A stretch of 64,000 nucleotides of DNA, from positions 6,208,001-6,272,000 of the forward strand of contig OY761158.1 of the NCBI GenBank assembly GCA_963664405.1, given 5' to 3'. Numbering within the stretch: the stretch's first letter is position 1; each line of letters begins with the position of its first letter. The position numbers and the translations under genes are program-made. This document shows positions 1 to 8,453 of this stretch, in pieces. This DNA is from Thermoanaerobaculia bacterium. GTDB lineage: Bacteria > Acidobacteriota > Thermoanaerobaculia > Multivoradales > Multivoraceae. The notes below the pieces were generated by a model. It had not been told where the DNA came from. It saw only the letters and a program-made list of their open reading frames with translations, and searched no databases.

Positions 1-430
1 GCTCTACTTTTACGATGTCGGTTTGGCCGCCTACCTCCTGGGCATCGAGAGTGAGAAGCAGATCTTCACCCATCCCCTGAAGGGGGCGTTGTTCGAGAAC
101 CTCGTGGTGATGGAGGCTCTGAAGCATCGCTACAATCGCGGACTACGCAGCAATCTGAGCTTCTACCGAGACTCTGCGGGCAACGAAGTGGATCTCGTGT
201 GCTCGTACGCCGAGCGACTCGTCGGCATCGAGACCAAGGCCGGTGCGACGGTCAGTGGGGACTACTTCAAGGGGCTCGAGAGGCTCTCGGCCGCACTACC
301 GGGGCCCCTCGCCGCGGAGATGGTTGTCCATGGCGGAGATCGCGAGATGGTGAGAGAGGGGGTGCTCGTCACGGATCCCAGAGGATTCGTCGGTCGGCTC
401 GCCGGGATCGAACAGGACCTCGAATCCTAG
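1..430 (+). CDS. AAA+ ATPase / DUF4143-domain protein, C-terminal part (5' end outside window)
   Basis: GALFENLV...FYRDSAGNEVDLV...IETK motif typical of the DUF4143 C-terminal domain. Confidence 0.8.
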   Translation, partial: LYFYDVGLAAYLLGIESEKQIFTHPLKGALFENLVVMEALKHRYNRGLRSNLSFYRDSAGNEVDLVCSYAERLVGIETKAGATVSGDYFKGLERLSAALPGPLAAEMVVHGGDREMVREGVLVTDPRGFVGRLAGIEQDLES

Positions 431-618
431 ACTCGGTCGACCCCGCGCCGGCTCACTTCACGAGTCGCTGTTCTGGGCGCAACGCTCTTTCCGGTTGTCA
501 GATGATCGGAATGTCCAAAATTTTGAACTATTATGCATCATTTTGAGTTTTGTCGATTGCCAACGGCACAACATATGGTATCCATCGGGCGCCCCCCCCT
601 TATACCCAATATGTGGAC

Positions 619-633
619 TGGCATGGTAGTTGC
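619..633 (+). promoter_or_regulatory. Putative sigma-54 (-24/-12) promoter for the TonB receptor
   Basis: TGGCATGGTAGTTGC matches TGGCAY-N5-TTGC, with GG and GC exactly 10 nt apart, in an AT-rich intergenic region 115 nt before the ORF. Confidence 0.6.
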
Positions 634-748
634 GGCAAAAAATACAGCACTTGTTCGAAATCGGACCTAAACTCTGCATAGTCTCAGTGTCTTCTCAGAC
701 AGTAAGAGTTTCACCCGTCGCCGACCCTGAGGCTTTGCCGAAGGTCCG

Positions 749-3098
749 GTGGACACGTCAAGCCGAGACCGTGGAGGACCCCTTACGAAAGCAGCCGCAC
801 TCAAATCACTCGTCCTGATCGCTTCCCTCTGTCTCTGCGCTCTGCCGTTATCGGCGGACGGTCCGCAGACCGGAACCATCGACGGTCGCGTCCTCGACGC
901 GCAGGGAGGCGGCCTGCCGGGGGCCACGGTGACCCTGAAGGGTCCGCAGAGAACGACGACGGTGATGTCCGACGCCGGCGGGAAGTACCGCTTCGCGCTC
1001 CTTCAGGCCGGTGACTTCACGGTCACTGCAGAGCTCGAGGGGCTCGGTTCGGCCGAGCAGACGGTCGGGCTCACTCCGGGTCAGCGCCGCGGTGTCGACC
1101 TCACTCTGGCGGGAGGAGCCGCCGAGGAGATCACCGTCACCGGTGAGGCGGCCCAGATCAGCAAGTACGACACCGGCTCGGTCAGCTCGCTGCAGTCGGA
1201 GGCGAACGAGAATATCGCCTTCGCCAATCGTAACTATGCCGCCAGTGTTCGCGCCCTTCCCGGGGTGGTGAGCGCCGGCGAGTCCGACGCTCTCCCGATG
1301 ATCAACGGCGGCATCACCACCGAGACCCAGGTCTTGATCGAAGGTGTCGACACCTCGAACACGCGGCGCGGTGGTGAGACGCGGGTGATCATGCCGACGT
1401 CGTCCCTGTCGGAGACTCGGATCGAGAGCGGCGGGTTCGGCGCCGAGTACGGTCGGGTGACCGGCGGCATCATCAACTCGACGGTCAAGACCGGTACCAA
1501 CGAGTTTCACGGCGACTTTCTCTACATCGGCCAGAATCCCAAGTGGAGGGCCGAGGACAACCTGGGCCTCGAACGTCCGGACGATCCTTTCGCCAGCTTC
1601 GAGACTTCGCTGGGCGGGCCGATCTGGCGCGAGAAGGCCTGGTTCTTCGCCGCCTATGCGGACTTCACCAACAACTCCCTCGACGAGCTCCGGGACGGCA
1701 CGGTTATCGATGATAGTCGGACCTCGGAGCCGCGCATCCTCAAGGTGAATCTCCAGCCCAGCGACCGCCACCAACTGGCTATCACCGAGATCGATTCGCG
1801 GGGGAATGGCATCGCCAATCCGGGTAATTCCGGTGATCTTTTGTCGGTCATGGATCGTCCGCTGTACGCCCAGGTTCTGACCGGGACCTGGAGCTTCGCC
1901 GCGACCAGCTCGACCTTCGTCGAGGTCAAGGCGTCTGAGCGCAAGGACCTCTTTCCTCGCACTCTTCTCTTCCCCAAGGATCCGTCGACCCTCAACCCCG
2001 ACGCTTCCGACAATCCGGTTGACAACAATTTCCGCTATCGCGATCTCAACACGAATCTGCGCTGGAATGGCCCGGCGAGTGGGAGTGGCATCGGCTACAA
2101 CGACTTTCCTCGCGACACTCTGGGCGGCTCGGCGACCTTGTTCAAGGCCAACCACGAGCTCAAGTTCGGCATCGACTTCCAAGACATCGAATTCACCAAT
2201 CTGGGTCAGGTCGGCAAGGAATATCGCGGCCGCACCTACTGCTTTGAATGCCCCGGTGGCTACGTGGCACCCCAGAGAGTCAGGATCTTCGAGGATTCCG
2301 AGCCGTCTCGCAATACCGGCGAGGAGCTCTCGGTGTATGCCCAGGATCGGATCGATGTCGGTGATAAGTGGAGTTTCCACCTCGGCGTGCGTCTCGACGA
2401 AGAGCGGATGTGGAACGACGTCGGTAGGCAGGTCGACGATTCGAGCGACGTGGCGCCGCGTCTGACCGCAGTCTACGACGTCAAGGCTGACGGCAAGCTG
2501 CTGGTGCGGGCGAGCGTCGGGAGCTACTACCAGAACCTCGGCCTGGACTTCGCGTTCCGAGAGTTCAGCGAGCTGCCCACCGGGCAGCAGGCGTTCACCG
2601 AGTACAACTGGAACCCTGCTACCCAGCGCTACGACCGCTTCCGTACCACCGTCGCCCCGTCGGGCGCGGGGGGTGAGATCCAGATGGTCGATCACGCTCG
2701 CAGAGACCAGATTACGGTTGGGGTCGACGTCCAGCTGTCTCGGAACTGGGTGTTCAAGGGGGGCCTGGTGGCACATGAGACCGACGGCATTCCCTTCGGC
2801 AACACTCAGTACCTCGGTGGCACACCCGGACACAGGTTTCGAGATCGACTTCGCTACCCGAGACGAGGCACGAGACGGGAATCAGCTACAGGACTACTTC
2901 ACCCTCAACCTGTCGGCGATGTACTCTTTCCCGATCAAGGGTCCGGTGGAGGGGGAGCTCGGCTTCGAGGCTTCCAACATCACCGAGAAGGACGAAGTGC
3001 TCCTGGTCAACTCGCTCGAGGGCCTGACGGCTGCCTCCTCGGTCAACTCGTGGCAGCAGCCTCGTGAGTTTCGTCTCAAGGTCGGGATCCGCTTCTAG
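749..3098 (+). pseudogene. TonB-dependent receptor with N-terminal carboxypeptidase-regulatory-like domain, disrupted near 2815
   Basis: Signal peptide, GTIDGRVLD..GGLPGATVTL, AEYGRVTGGIINSTVKTGTNEFHG. The true C-terminus (QQPREFRLKVGIRF) is in another frame (ORF 2673..3098). Confidence 0.75.
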
Positions 3099-3111
3099 GT
3101 TTCCAAGCTCT

Positions 3112-3152
3112 GTCTCGAGGCGGGTGGCGCCGTTGCACCCCCGCCTCGAGAC
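3112..3152 (+). terminator. Stem-loop after the TonB gene (probable terminator)
   Basis: GTCTCGAGGCGGG / CCCGCCTCGAGAC 13-bp inverted repeat followed by a pyrimidine tract. Confidence 0.55.
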
Positions 3153-3256
3153 CTTCCTTCACTTCGGTAGCTCTCAGCTCTGCCTCGAGGCACCCTCAGC
3201 GTGACAGTGCCGGCCAGCCGGTGCCGACGGTCAACCCCTGATACGCTGCTCTGGCG

Positions 3257-3673
3257 ATGTTGGAGTCCGAATCACTCATTCAGACTGTCCACCAGCGATT
3301 GGCCAGCTCTGCCGAAGACGAAGTCGTCTCCGCGTTCCTTTTCGGCAGCCGCGTCGAGGGACGCGGGCATCGGGAGAGCGACGTCGACGTGGCGGTCCTT
3401 CTGCGGCCTGAGCTCGACCGACGACAGCGCTTCGAGACCCGGCTGCGGCTGACCTCGGAGCTCATCGCCGCGCTCCATTTCAACGACATCGACCTCGTCG
3501 TGCTCAACGATGCTCCGCCTCTCCTCGCTCGCCGAATCGTGCTCGACGGGGAGCGGGTGTTTTGCGCCGACGCCGAGGCCGATCACGCCTTCCGACGGGA
3601 TGTGCAGCTGCGGGCCGCAGATCTCGCACCCTTCATCGAGCGTGGCCGGAGAGCGCTGCTTGCCGCGGTCTAG
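3257..3673 (+). CDS. MNT nucleotidyltransferase antitoxin (HEPN/MNT type VII TA)
   Basis: FLFGSRVEGRGHRESDVDVAV = GSx10DxD motif; directly upstream of a HEPN gene. Confidence 0.88.
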   Translation: MLESESLIQTVHQRLASSAEDEVVSAFLFGSRVEGRGHRESDVDVAVLLRPELDRRQRFETRLRLTSELIAALHFNDIDLVVLNDAPPLLARRIVLDGERVFCADAEADHAFRRDVQLRAADLAPFIERGRRALLAAV

Positions 3674-3675
3674 CG

Positions 3676-4089
3676 ATGACCTTCTTGGTCGAACGCCTCG
3701 CCAACCTCAGCCTTCATCTTGCTCATCTGCGAGAGTTGAAGCCGCGCGTGGCCTCCGCTGACGATCTGCAGCGTGACCTGTCTCTACATAACGACGTTCT
3801 CTACTCGCTGCTCTGCGTTTGCCAGCTAGTGATCGATATCGCGGGGGAGCTCTCTGCTCGCCGGGGTCGACGATTCGAGGACTACACGGAGGCCGTGCGC
3901 AACCTCTCGGCCTACGACGACATGTCGCCGGAGCTCATCCAGGAGCTCGAACGGCTTCCGGGATTTCGCAACGTGCTGATCCACGAATACGTAGCCTTGG
4001 ATCTCGAGCGGGCGGTCGAGGCCCTGGAGCGCCTGTCCCCGATCGAGGACTTCGTCAGCGTGGTCAAGAGGCTCGAGCGCGAGGGCTGA
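3676..4089 (+). CDS. HEPN/DUF86 RNase toxin
   Basis: GFRNVLIHEY = Rx4HxY motif; ATG 2 nt after the MNT stop. Confidence 0.88.
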   Translation: MTFLVERLANLSLHLAHLRELKPRVASADDLQRDLSLHNDVLYSLLCVCQLVIDIAGELSARRGRRFEDYTEAVRNLSAYDDMSPELIQELERLPGFRNVLIHEYVALDLERAVEALERLSPIEDFVSVVKRLEREG

Positions 4090-4123
4090 CGGCTGGACCC
4101 TGAGGCGCGGCACCTACCCTCGA

Positions 4124-4138
4124 TATTCGGCTGGCACC
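4124..4138 (+). repeat. Cassette-boundary motif copy 1 (TATTCGGCTGGCACC)
   Basis: Exact 15-mer also at 4881 and 5511. Confidence 0.85.
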
Positions 4139-4187
4139 TACGGAGGCGATACGGACATATTGACATCTCCGTGATATGTTTTTCTGT

Positions 4188-4430
4188 ATGCGTACTACCT
4201 TGAACCTCGATGACGGCTTGATGACCGCTGTTAAGAAGGCTGCTGCCGACAGCGGAAAGACCATGACCGAGGTCGTCGAAGAAGCACTCACGGATGCACT
4301 GCTGCGGCGGCCGGTCGAGGATGCTCAGTCCTTCGAACTGGCATTACCCACGGTAAAGGGCAGGACCAAGCCGGGCGTCGACCTCACCGATCGGGAGTCG
4401 CTGTTCGAGATCATGGAAGGCCGGCGTTGA
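4188..4430 (+). CDS. vapB: VapB-type RHH antitoxin
   Basis: MRTTLNLDDGL N-terminus; 4-nt overlap with the PIN gene. Confidence 0.8.
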   Translation: MRTTLNLDDGLMTAVKKAAADSGKTMTEVVEEALTDALLRRPVEDAQSFELALPTVKGRTKPGVDLTDRESLFEIMEGRR

Positions 4431-4861
4431 TTGCCGTCGACACCAACGTCCTCGTCCATGCCCATCGAGAGGGATCGGAGCATCACCATGCGGCTCTCGA
4501 GCGGCTGCGAGATCTGGCCGAGGGCCCGGAGCCGTGGGGCCTGCCGATCTTCTGTGTGGGTGAGTTCGTGCGAGTGGTGACTCACCCTCGTCTCTTCGAT
4601 CCCCCTTCGACGTTGGCCCAAGCCCTGGCGGTGATCGACCGTCTCCGCCGCAGCCCTACGCTTCGGGTGCTCTCCCCACGAGAGCGCTTCTTCGAGTTGT
4701 TCTCGTCGTGTCTCACGACGGCGGATGCCCGTGGCAACCTGGCTTTCGATGCCATGATCGCCGCCGTCTGCCTCGAGCACGGCGCCCGTCAGCTGCTCAC
4801 ACTCGACCGCGACTTTCGCCGCTTTGATCGACTTGAGGTGGTTGGTTATGGGCCGGCCTGA
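4427..4861 (+). CDS. vapC: VapC PIN-domain toxin
   Basis: IAVDTNVLV...E...GNLAFDAMIAA...TLDRDFRRF. Confidence 0.88.
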   Translation: MIAVDTNVLVHAHREGSEHHHAALERLRDLAEGPEPWGLPIFCVGEFVRVVTHPRLFDPPSTLAQALAVIDRLRRSPTLRVLSPRERFFELFSSCLTTADARGNLAFDAMIAAVCLEHGARQLLTLDRDFRRFDRLEVVGYGPA

Positions 4862-4880
4862 GAGCGCTGGCAATGCTCAC

Positions 4881-4919
4881 TATTCGGCTGGCACCCTTGC
4901 CCGCACCCTTGCCCACGGG
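4881..4919 (+). repeat. Cassette-boundary motif copy 2 with duplicated GCACCCTTGCCC tail
   Basis: TATTCGGCTGGCACCCTTGCCC-GCACCCTTGCCC-ACGGG. Confidence 0.85.
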
Positions 4920-4978
4920 GACACGCGAACCATCAATCCTTTCTGCTCTCCAGCTGCCGGCGGAGGGTACGTTAGAAT

Positions 4979-5194
4979 GTGAGCGAGGAGATTTCCATGG
5001 CTACCGCCGACGTCAGCGCGAAAACTCGAATCCGTAATCTGCTAGAGCAGCAGCCCGACGACAGCTCGTACGATGAGATCTTGCGAGAGTTGGCCCTGCA
5101 CCGCATGATCGAGCGAGGCCTCGCCGATGCAGACGCAGGGCGGGTCCTCAGCCATGAAGAAATGGGCCGTCGAATCGACTCATGGGCCAAGTAG
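4979..5194 (+). CDS. Small antitoxin of a RelE/ParE pair
   Basis: 71 aa, IERGLADADAGRVLSHEE motif; overlaps the toxin gene; start could be ATG 4997. Confidence 0.75.
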   Translation: MSEEISMATADVSAKTRIRNLLEQQPDDSSYDEILRELALHRMIERGLADADAGRVLSHEEMGRRIDSWAK

Positions 5195-5478
5195 GATGGA
5201 CCGAAGAGGCGGCCCGTTGGCTCAGAGAAATCCACGACTACATCGCTGATGAGGACCCGGAGGCTGCCATCCGAGTCGTCGGCGAGATCCACTCTCGCGC
5301 TGAGTCACTGACCTCGTTTCCTGAGCGTGGCTACCGCTACCTGGATCTGCCCGAGCGAGAAGTACGCATTCTCCTGTGGGGCCACTACCGGATCGCGTAT
5401 CTCGTCCGCTCGTCGGGTGACGTCGAGATACTCGGCATCTTCCACGGGGCACTCGAGATCGAGCGGTACTTGCGCTGA
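5182..5478 (+). CDS. RelE/ParE family toxin
   Basis: WTEEAARWLREIHDYIA...FPERG...YRIAY...ILGIFHGA. Confidence 0.85.
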   Translation: MGQVGWTEEAARWLREIHDYIADEDPEAAIRVVGEIHSRAESLTSFPERGYRYLDLPEREVRILLWGHYRIAYLVRSSGDVEILGIFHGALEIERYLR

Positions 5479-5510
5479 GTAGGTCAGACTACTAGGTCCG
5501 CAGGGCCCAT

Positions 5511-5537
5511 TATTCGGCTGGCACCCTTGCCCACGGG
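5511..5537 (+). repeat. Cassette-boundary motif copy 3
   Basis: TATTCGGCTGGCACCCTTGCCCACGGG. Confidence 0.85.
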
Positions 5538-5552
5538 CGCTTCTGGCTAAAA

Positions 5553-5577
5553 TGTCCATGGACAGTGTCTATGGACA
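5553..5577. promoter_or_regulatory. Tandem palindromic operator upstream of the Phd antitoxin
   Basis: TGTCCATGGACA (perfect palindrome) and TGTCTATGGACA 1 nt apart; TA autorepression operators typically look like this. Confidence 0.55.
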
Positions 5578-5596
5578 GAGCTAGAATGGGTGGACA

Positions 5597-5854
5597 ATGG
5601 AGGACACCGACACTAGAACGATTCCGGCTGGTGACTTCAAACAGACCTGTTTGAAACTGATAGATGAGGTCAAGACCACGGGGATCCCGATCGTGATTAC
5701 GAAGCACGGCAAGGCCGTCGCCCAGCTTGCGCCACTGGAGCCGGACCAGATCGAGCTTCCCTGGCCGCTCGAGCTCGCCGCGCGCGCGACGATCGAAGGG
5801 GATCTCGTAACCCCGGCGACCGACCCGACAGAGTGGGAAGTTCTTTCAGATTGA
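5597..5854 (+). CDS. Phd/YefM family antitoxin
   Basis: IPAGDFKQTCLKLIDEV...IVITKHGKAVAQL. Confidence 0.85.
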   Translation: MEDTDTRTIPAGDFKQTCLKLIDEVKTTGIPIVITKHGKAVAQLAPLEPDQIELPWPLELAARATIEGDLVTPATDPTEWEVLSD

Positions 5855-6243
5855 AGCTCCTCCTCGATACCCACGTCTGGCTCTGGCGCTTGATCGAGCC
5901 CGCGCGGCTGTCGAAGGACGCCACTGCTCTGCTGGCCGAACGTGAGCAGGAGCTCTTTTTGTCACCGATCTCGGTCTGGGAGACCATGGTCCTGTGCCGG
6001 AAGGGTCGGCTGACCCTGCGGCCGGACCCGGCGTCTTGGGTTCGTGCGGCTCTCGCTGGCTCGCCGGTCAGAACCGCCCTCATGACGCACGAAGTCGCGA
6101 TCCGCAGCGAATCCCTGGAAGGTTTCGACAATTCGGATCCCGCCGACCGCTTCCTAGTGGCTACGGCTCTCGAGGCCGGTCTCAAGATCGTCACCTACGA
6201 CGAGCGAATCCGCTCCTATGCGGCGGTCGAAACGGTCTGGTGA
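5851..6243 (+). CDS. vapC: VapC PIN-domain toxin
   Basis: TTG start overlapping the antitoxin stop; LLLDTHVWLW...SVWE...DPADRFLVATA...TYD. Confidence 0.88.
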   Translation: MKLLLDTHVWLWRLIEPARLSKDATALLAEREQELFLSPISVWETMVLCRKGRLTLRPDPASWVRAALAGSPVRTALMTHEVAIRSESLEGFDNSDPADRFLVATALEAGLKIVTYDERIRSYAAVETVW

Positions 6244-6297
6244 TCTCGCCGGGCCGTTCCAAGTACCGTTAGTTACTAGCTAAATACTCGGCTGGCA

Positions 6298-8332
6298 GTG
6301 CGACACGAAGGAGGAATCTGATGACCTGATCGAAAGACAGAGATAGGAGACCTCTGGGTCTCGAAGGCCGGCGGGTGAAAGTCCCGCCCGGGGAGTTGTC
6401 GGTACACCCCGGTAGCCGCCGGAGCAGTCGATGCGGGTGACCGTCCGGCTGAAGCCTCCGGAACAGCTGGAGTAAGTCCAGTGGGCAAAGGTGCAGGCCG
6501 CAACGCGAGTGAACCCTGAGAAGGCCCCGAAAGTTACTTGCTGGAGCCGACCCTCCTGCCATAAGGGGAAGGCCGCCGCTCGACGGAGGAGCAACCGACC
6601 GTTGAATCCGCCGAATCCAGCCGGGGTAGTGGGGGTGGCATGTACCGAAGGTCTTTGAGGCAACGTGTGAGACCCACGTCGGTGGCGGGTTGCGACCGCC
6701 AACCGGGAAGGCGTAAAAGGTCGTTCTCGGGCCGTTGTGGGAGTCGGAGGGGCTTGTATTACTGAGGAAGCCGGGTAACTCCGGTGGAGGGAAGGAGCCC
6801 TAGTTCTGGTGCGCTTTGGAAGGAGAAGGAGACCGGGATTGACGCAAAGTCTAGGACCCGAACGAGTCGAGCGACTCCGGAAGAAGCTGTGTGACAAGGC
6901 CAAGCGAGAGCCCGACTTTCGCTTCTACACCCTGTACGACAAGGTCTGCTGGCCCGAGACCCTATCTGTGGCCTACGCCCGCGCGAAAGCCAACCGGGGA
7001 GGCCCGGGAGTGGACGGAGTCCGGTTCGAGGAGATCGAGTCGTATGGGGTCGAGCGATGGCTGGGAGAGCTCCGAGAGGAGCTGGTAGAGGAAAGCTACC
7101 GTCCGCAACCGGTGCGGCGGGTGAAGATTAGGAAGCCCGGCGGCGGAGAGCGTGCGCTCGGGATCCCGACGATTCGGGATCGAGTGGCGCAAACCGCCGC
7201 AGTGCTGATCCTCGAGCCGATCTTCGAGGCCGATTTTGAAGAGAACGTGTATGGGTATCGACCGAAGCGGAGCGCCCATGATGCGCTAGCTGCCGTACGA
7301 GACGGTTTGTACGAGGGCCAGGCCCACGTCGTCGACGCCGACATCGCCCAGTACTTTGACACGATTCCCCATGGGGATTTGCTGAAGTCGGTGGCGCGTC
7401 GGATCGCCGATGGGAAGATCCTGCGACTCTTGAAGCTGTGGCTGAAGTCTCCAGTGGACGAGCAAGATGGCTCGGGTCGCTGGCGACGGACAGGCGGCAA
7501 GAAGAGGAAGCGGGGGATTCCGCAGGGTGGGGTGGTCTCACCCCTCCTGGCCAACATCTACATCAACCGGCTCGTGCGTCACTGGCGCAACTCAGGCGCC
7601 TCGAAACGCCTAGGTCAGATCGTCTCTTACGCCGATGATTTCGTCATCCTGTGCAGGAGCGAGGCGCAGGCTCGCGAGAGCTTGGATCTCGTCTCTCACT
7701 GGCTGACAAAGCTCGGCTTAGCGATTCACCCGGACAAGACCCGCCTGTGCGGGGTGTGGGAGGAGTCGTTCGACTTTCTGGGGTACACCTTCAGATCGCA
7801 TCGACGCTTCCGCACCGGCCAGCGGATCTTGACTGCGAACCCTTCGAAGAAGGCCCAGAAGCGGCTCCAGGAGAAGGTCAACGCCCTGCTGTATCGGGGG
7901 AACCCGGAGCCCTGGCCCGAGCTGCGTCTGCAGCTGAACCGTCTTTTGATGGGATGGGCCAACTACTTCAGCTTCGGATGGACGGCAGCTGCGGATCGCG
8001 CCGTCTGGTGGCATGTCGCGAGACGTGCCCGACGATTCCTCTGTCGACGACACAAACTCCGATCGCAAGGAGTCGCCCGGTTTTCTGCCTCCGAGGTCTA
8101 CGGCTCAGCCGCAGTCCTCGACATCAAGCAGTACCGGGATCGAAAGGGTCGACTCGCGCATGCCTCGTCGTGAAGCCAGTCCGGGAGCCGTGTGCGGGAG
8201 AACCGCAAGCACGGTTCGATGAGAGGCGGCGGGAAACGGAGCCATGGTCAGGAGATTGAGGCACTCGCAAACGAAAGGGCGAGAAAACAGATGGGCCTGA
8301 CCTACAGCCACCGCGCCCGCCGTCGACTCCAC
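6298..8332 (+). mobile_element. Group II intron (IIB-like), full length, inserted in motif copy 4
   Basis: 5' GTGCG at 6298; domain V GAGCCGTGTGCGGGAGAACCGCAAGCACGGTTC at 8185-8217; domain VI ending GTCGACTCCAC at 8332; encodes an RT/maturase. Confidence 0.9.
6809..8173 (+). CDS. ltrA: Group II intron reverse transcriptase/maturase, no endonuclease domain
   Basis: RALGIPTIRDRVAQ, GIPQGGVVSPLLANIY, YADD, FDFLGYTF, X-domain GWANYF; ends without an HNH domain; real start may be TTG 6839. Confidence 0.92.
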   Translation: MRFGRRRRPGLTQSLGPERVERLRKKLCDKAKREPDFRFYTLYDKVCWPETLSVAYARAKANRGGPGVDGVRFEEIESYGVERWLGELREELVEESYRPQPVRRVKIRKPGGGERALGIPTIRDRVAQTAAVLILEPIFEADFEENVYGYRPKRSAHDALAAVRDGLYEGQAHVVDADIAQYFDTIPHGDLLKSVARRIADGKILRLLKLWLKSPVDEQDGSGRWRRTGGKKRKRGIPQGGVVSPLLANIYINRLVRHWRNSGASKRLGQIVSYADDFVILCRSEAQARESLDLVSHWLTKLGLAIHPDKTRLCGVWEESFDFLGYTFRSHRRFRTGQRILTANPSKKAQKRLQEKVNALLYRGNPEPWPELRLQLNRLLMGWANYFSFGWTAAADRAVWWHVARRARRFLCRRHKLRSQGVARFSASEVYGSAAVLDIKQYRDRKGRLAHASS

Positions 8333-8374
8333 CCTTTTTCTGGGCGCCACTGCGCGGCTATATGACCGTCGCCC

Positions 8375-8384
8375 TATTCGGCTG
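8375..8384 (+). repeat. Partial cassette-boundary motif copy 5 (TATTCGGCTG)
   Basis: First 10 nt of the motif, 42 nt after the intron end. Confidence 0.55.
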
Positions 8385-8453
8385 ATCTGAAGCATGTACA
8401 CTCCGCACAATCAGCGCCAGAGAAAACGCTCATCGAGCGCGAGCACAACCTAA

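Noticed and set aside
848-2833. Long antisense ORFs (also 13665-15194, 21775-23190 and similar)
   Set aside because: Shadow frames opposite well-supported genes in high-GC DNA, with no recognisable motifs
4089-6297. Integron attC sites between the TA modules
   Set aside because: No RYYYAAC...GTTRRRY boxes or long imperfect palindromes are visible and there is no intI in the window; IntegronFinder would confirm
6545-6550. AGCCGA as EBS2 pairing with exon TCGGCT
   Set aside because: The complementarity is real, but GCCGA...GAAGGC is the usual base of the EBS1 stem in IIB introns, so it is probably paired internally; not counted as evidence
6809-8173. DGR, retron or CRISPR-associated RT
   Set aside because: It has an X/maturase domain and flanking intron domains V/VI; no TR/VR pair or msr-msd seen
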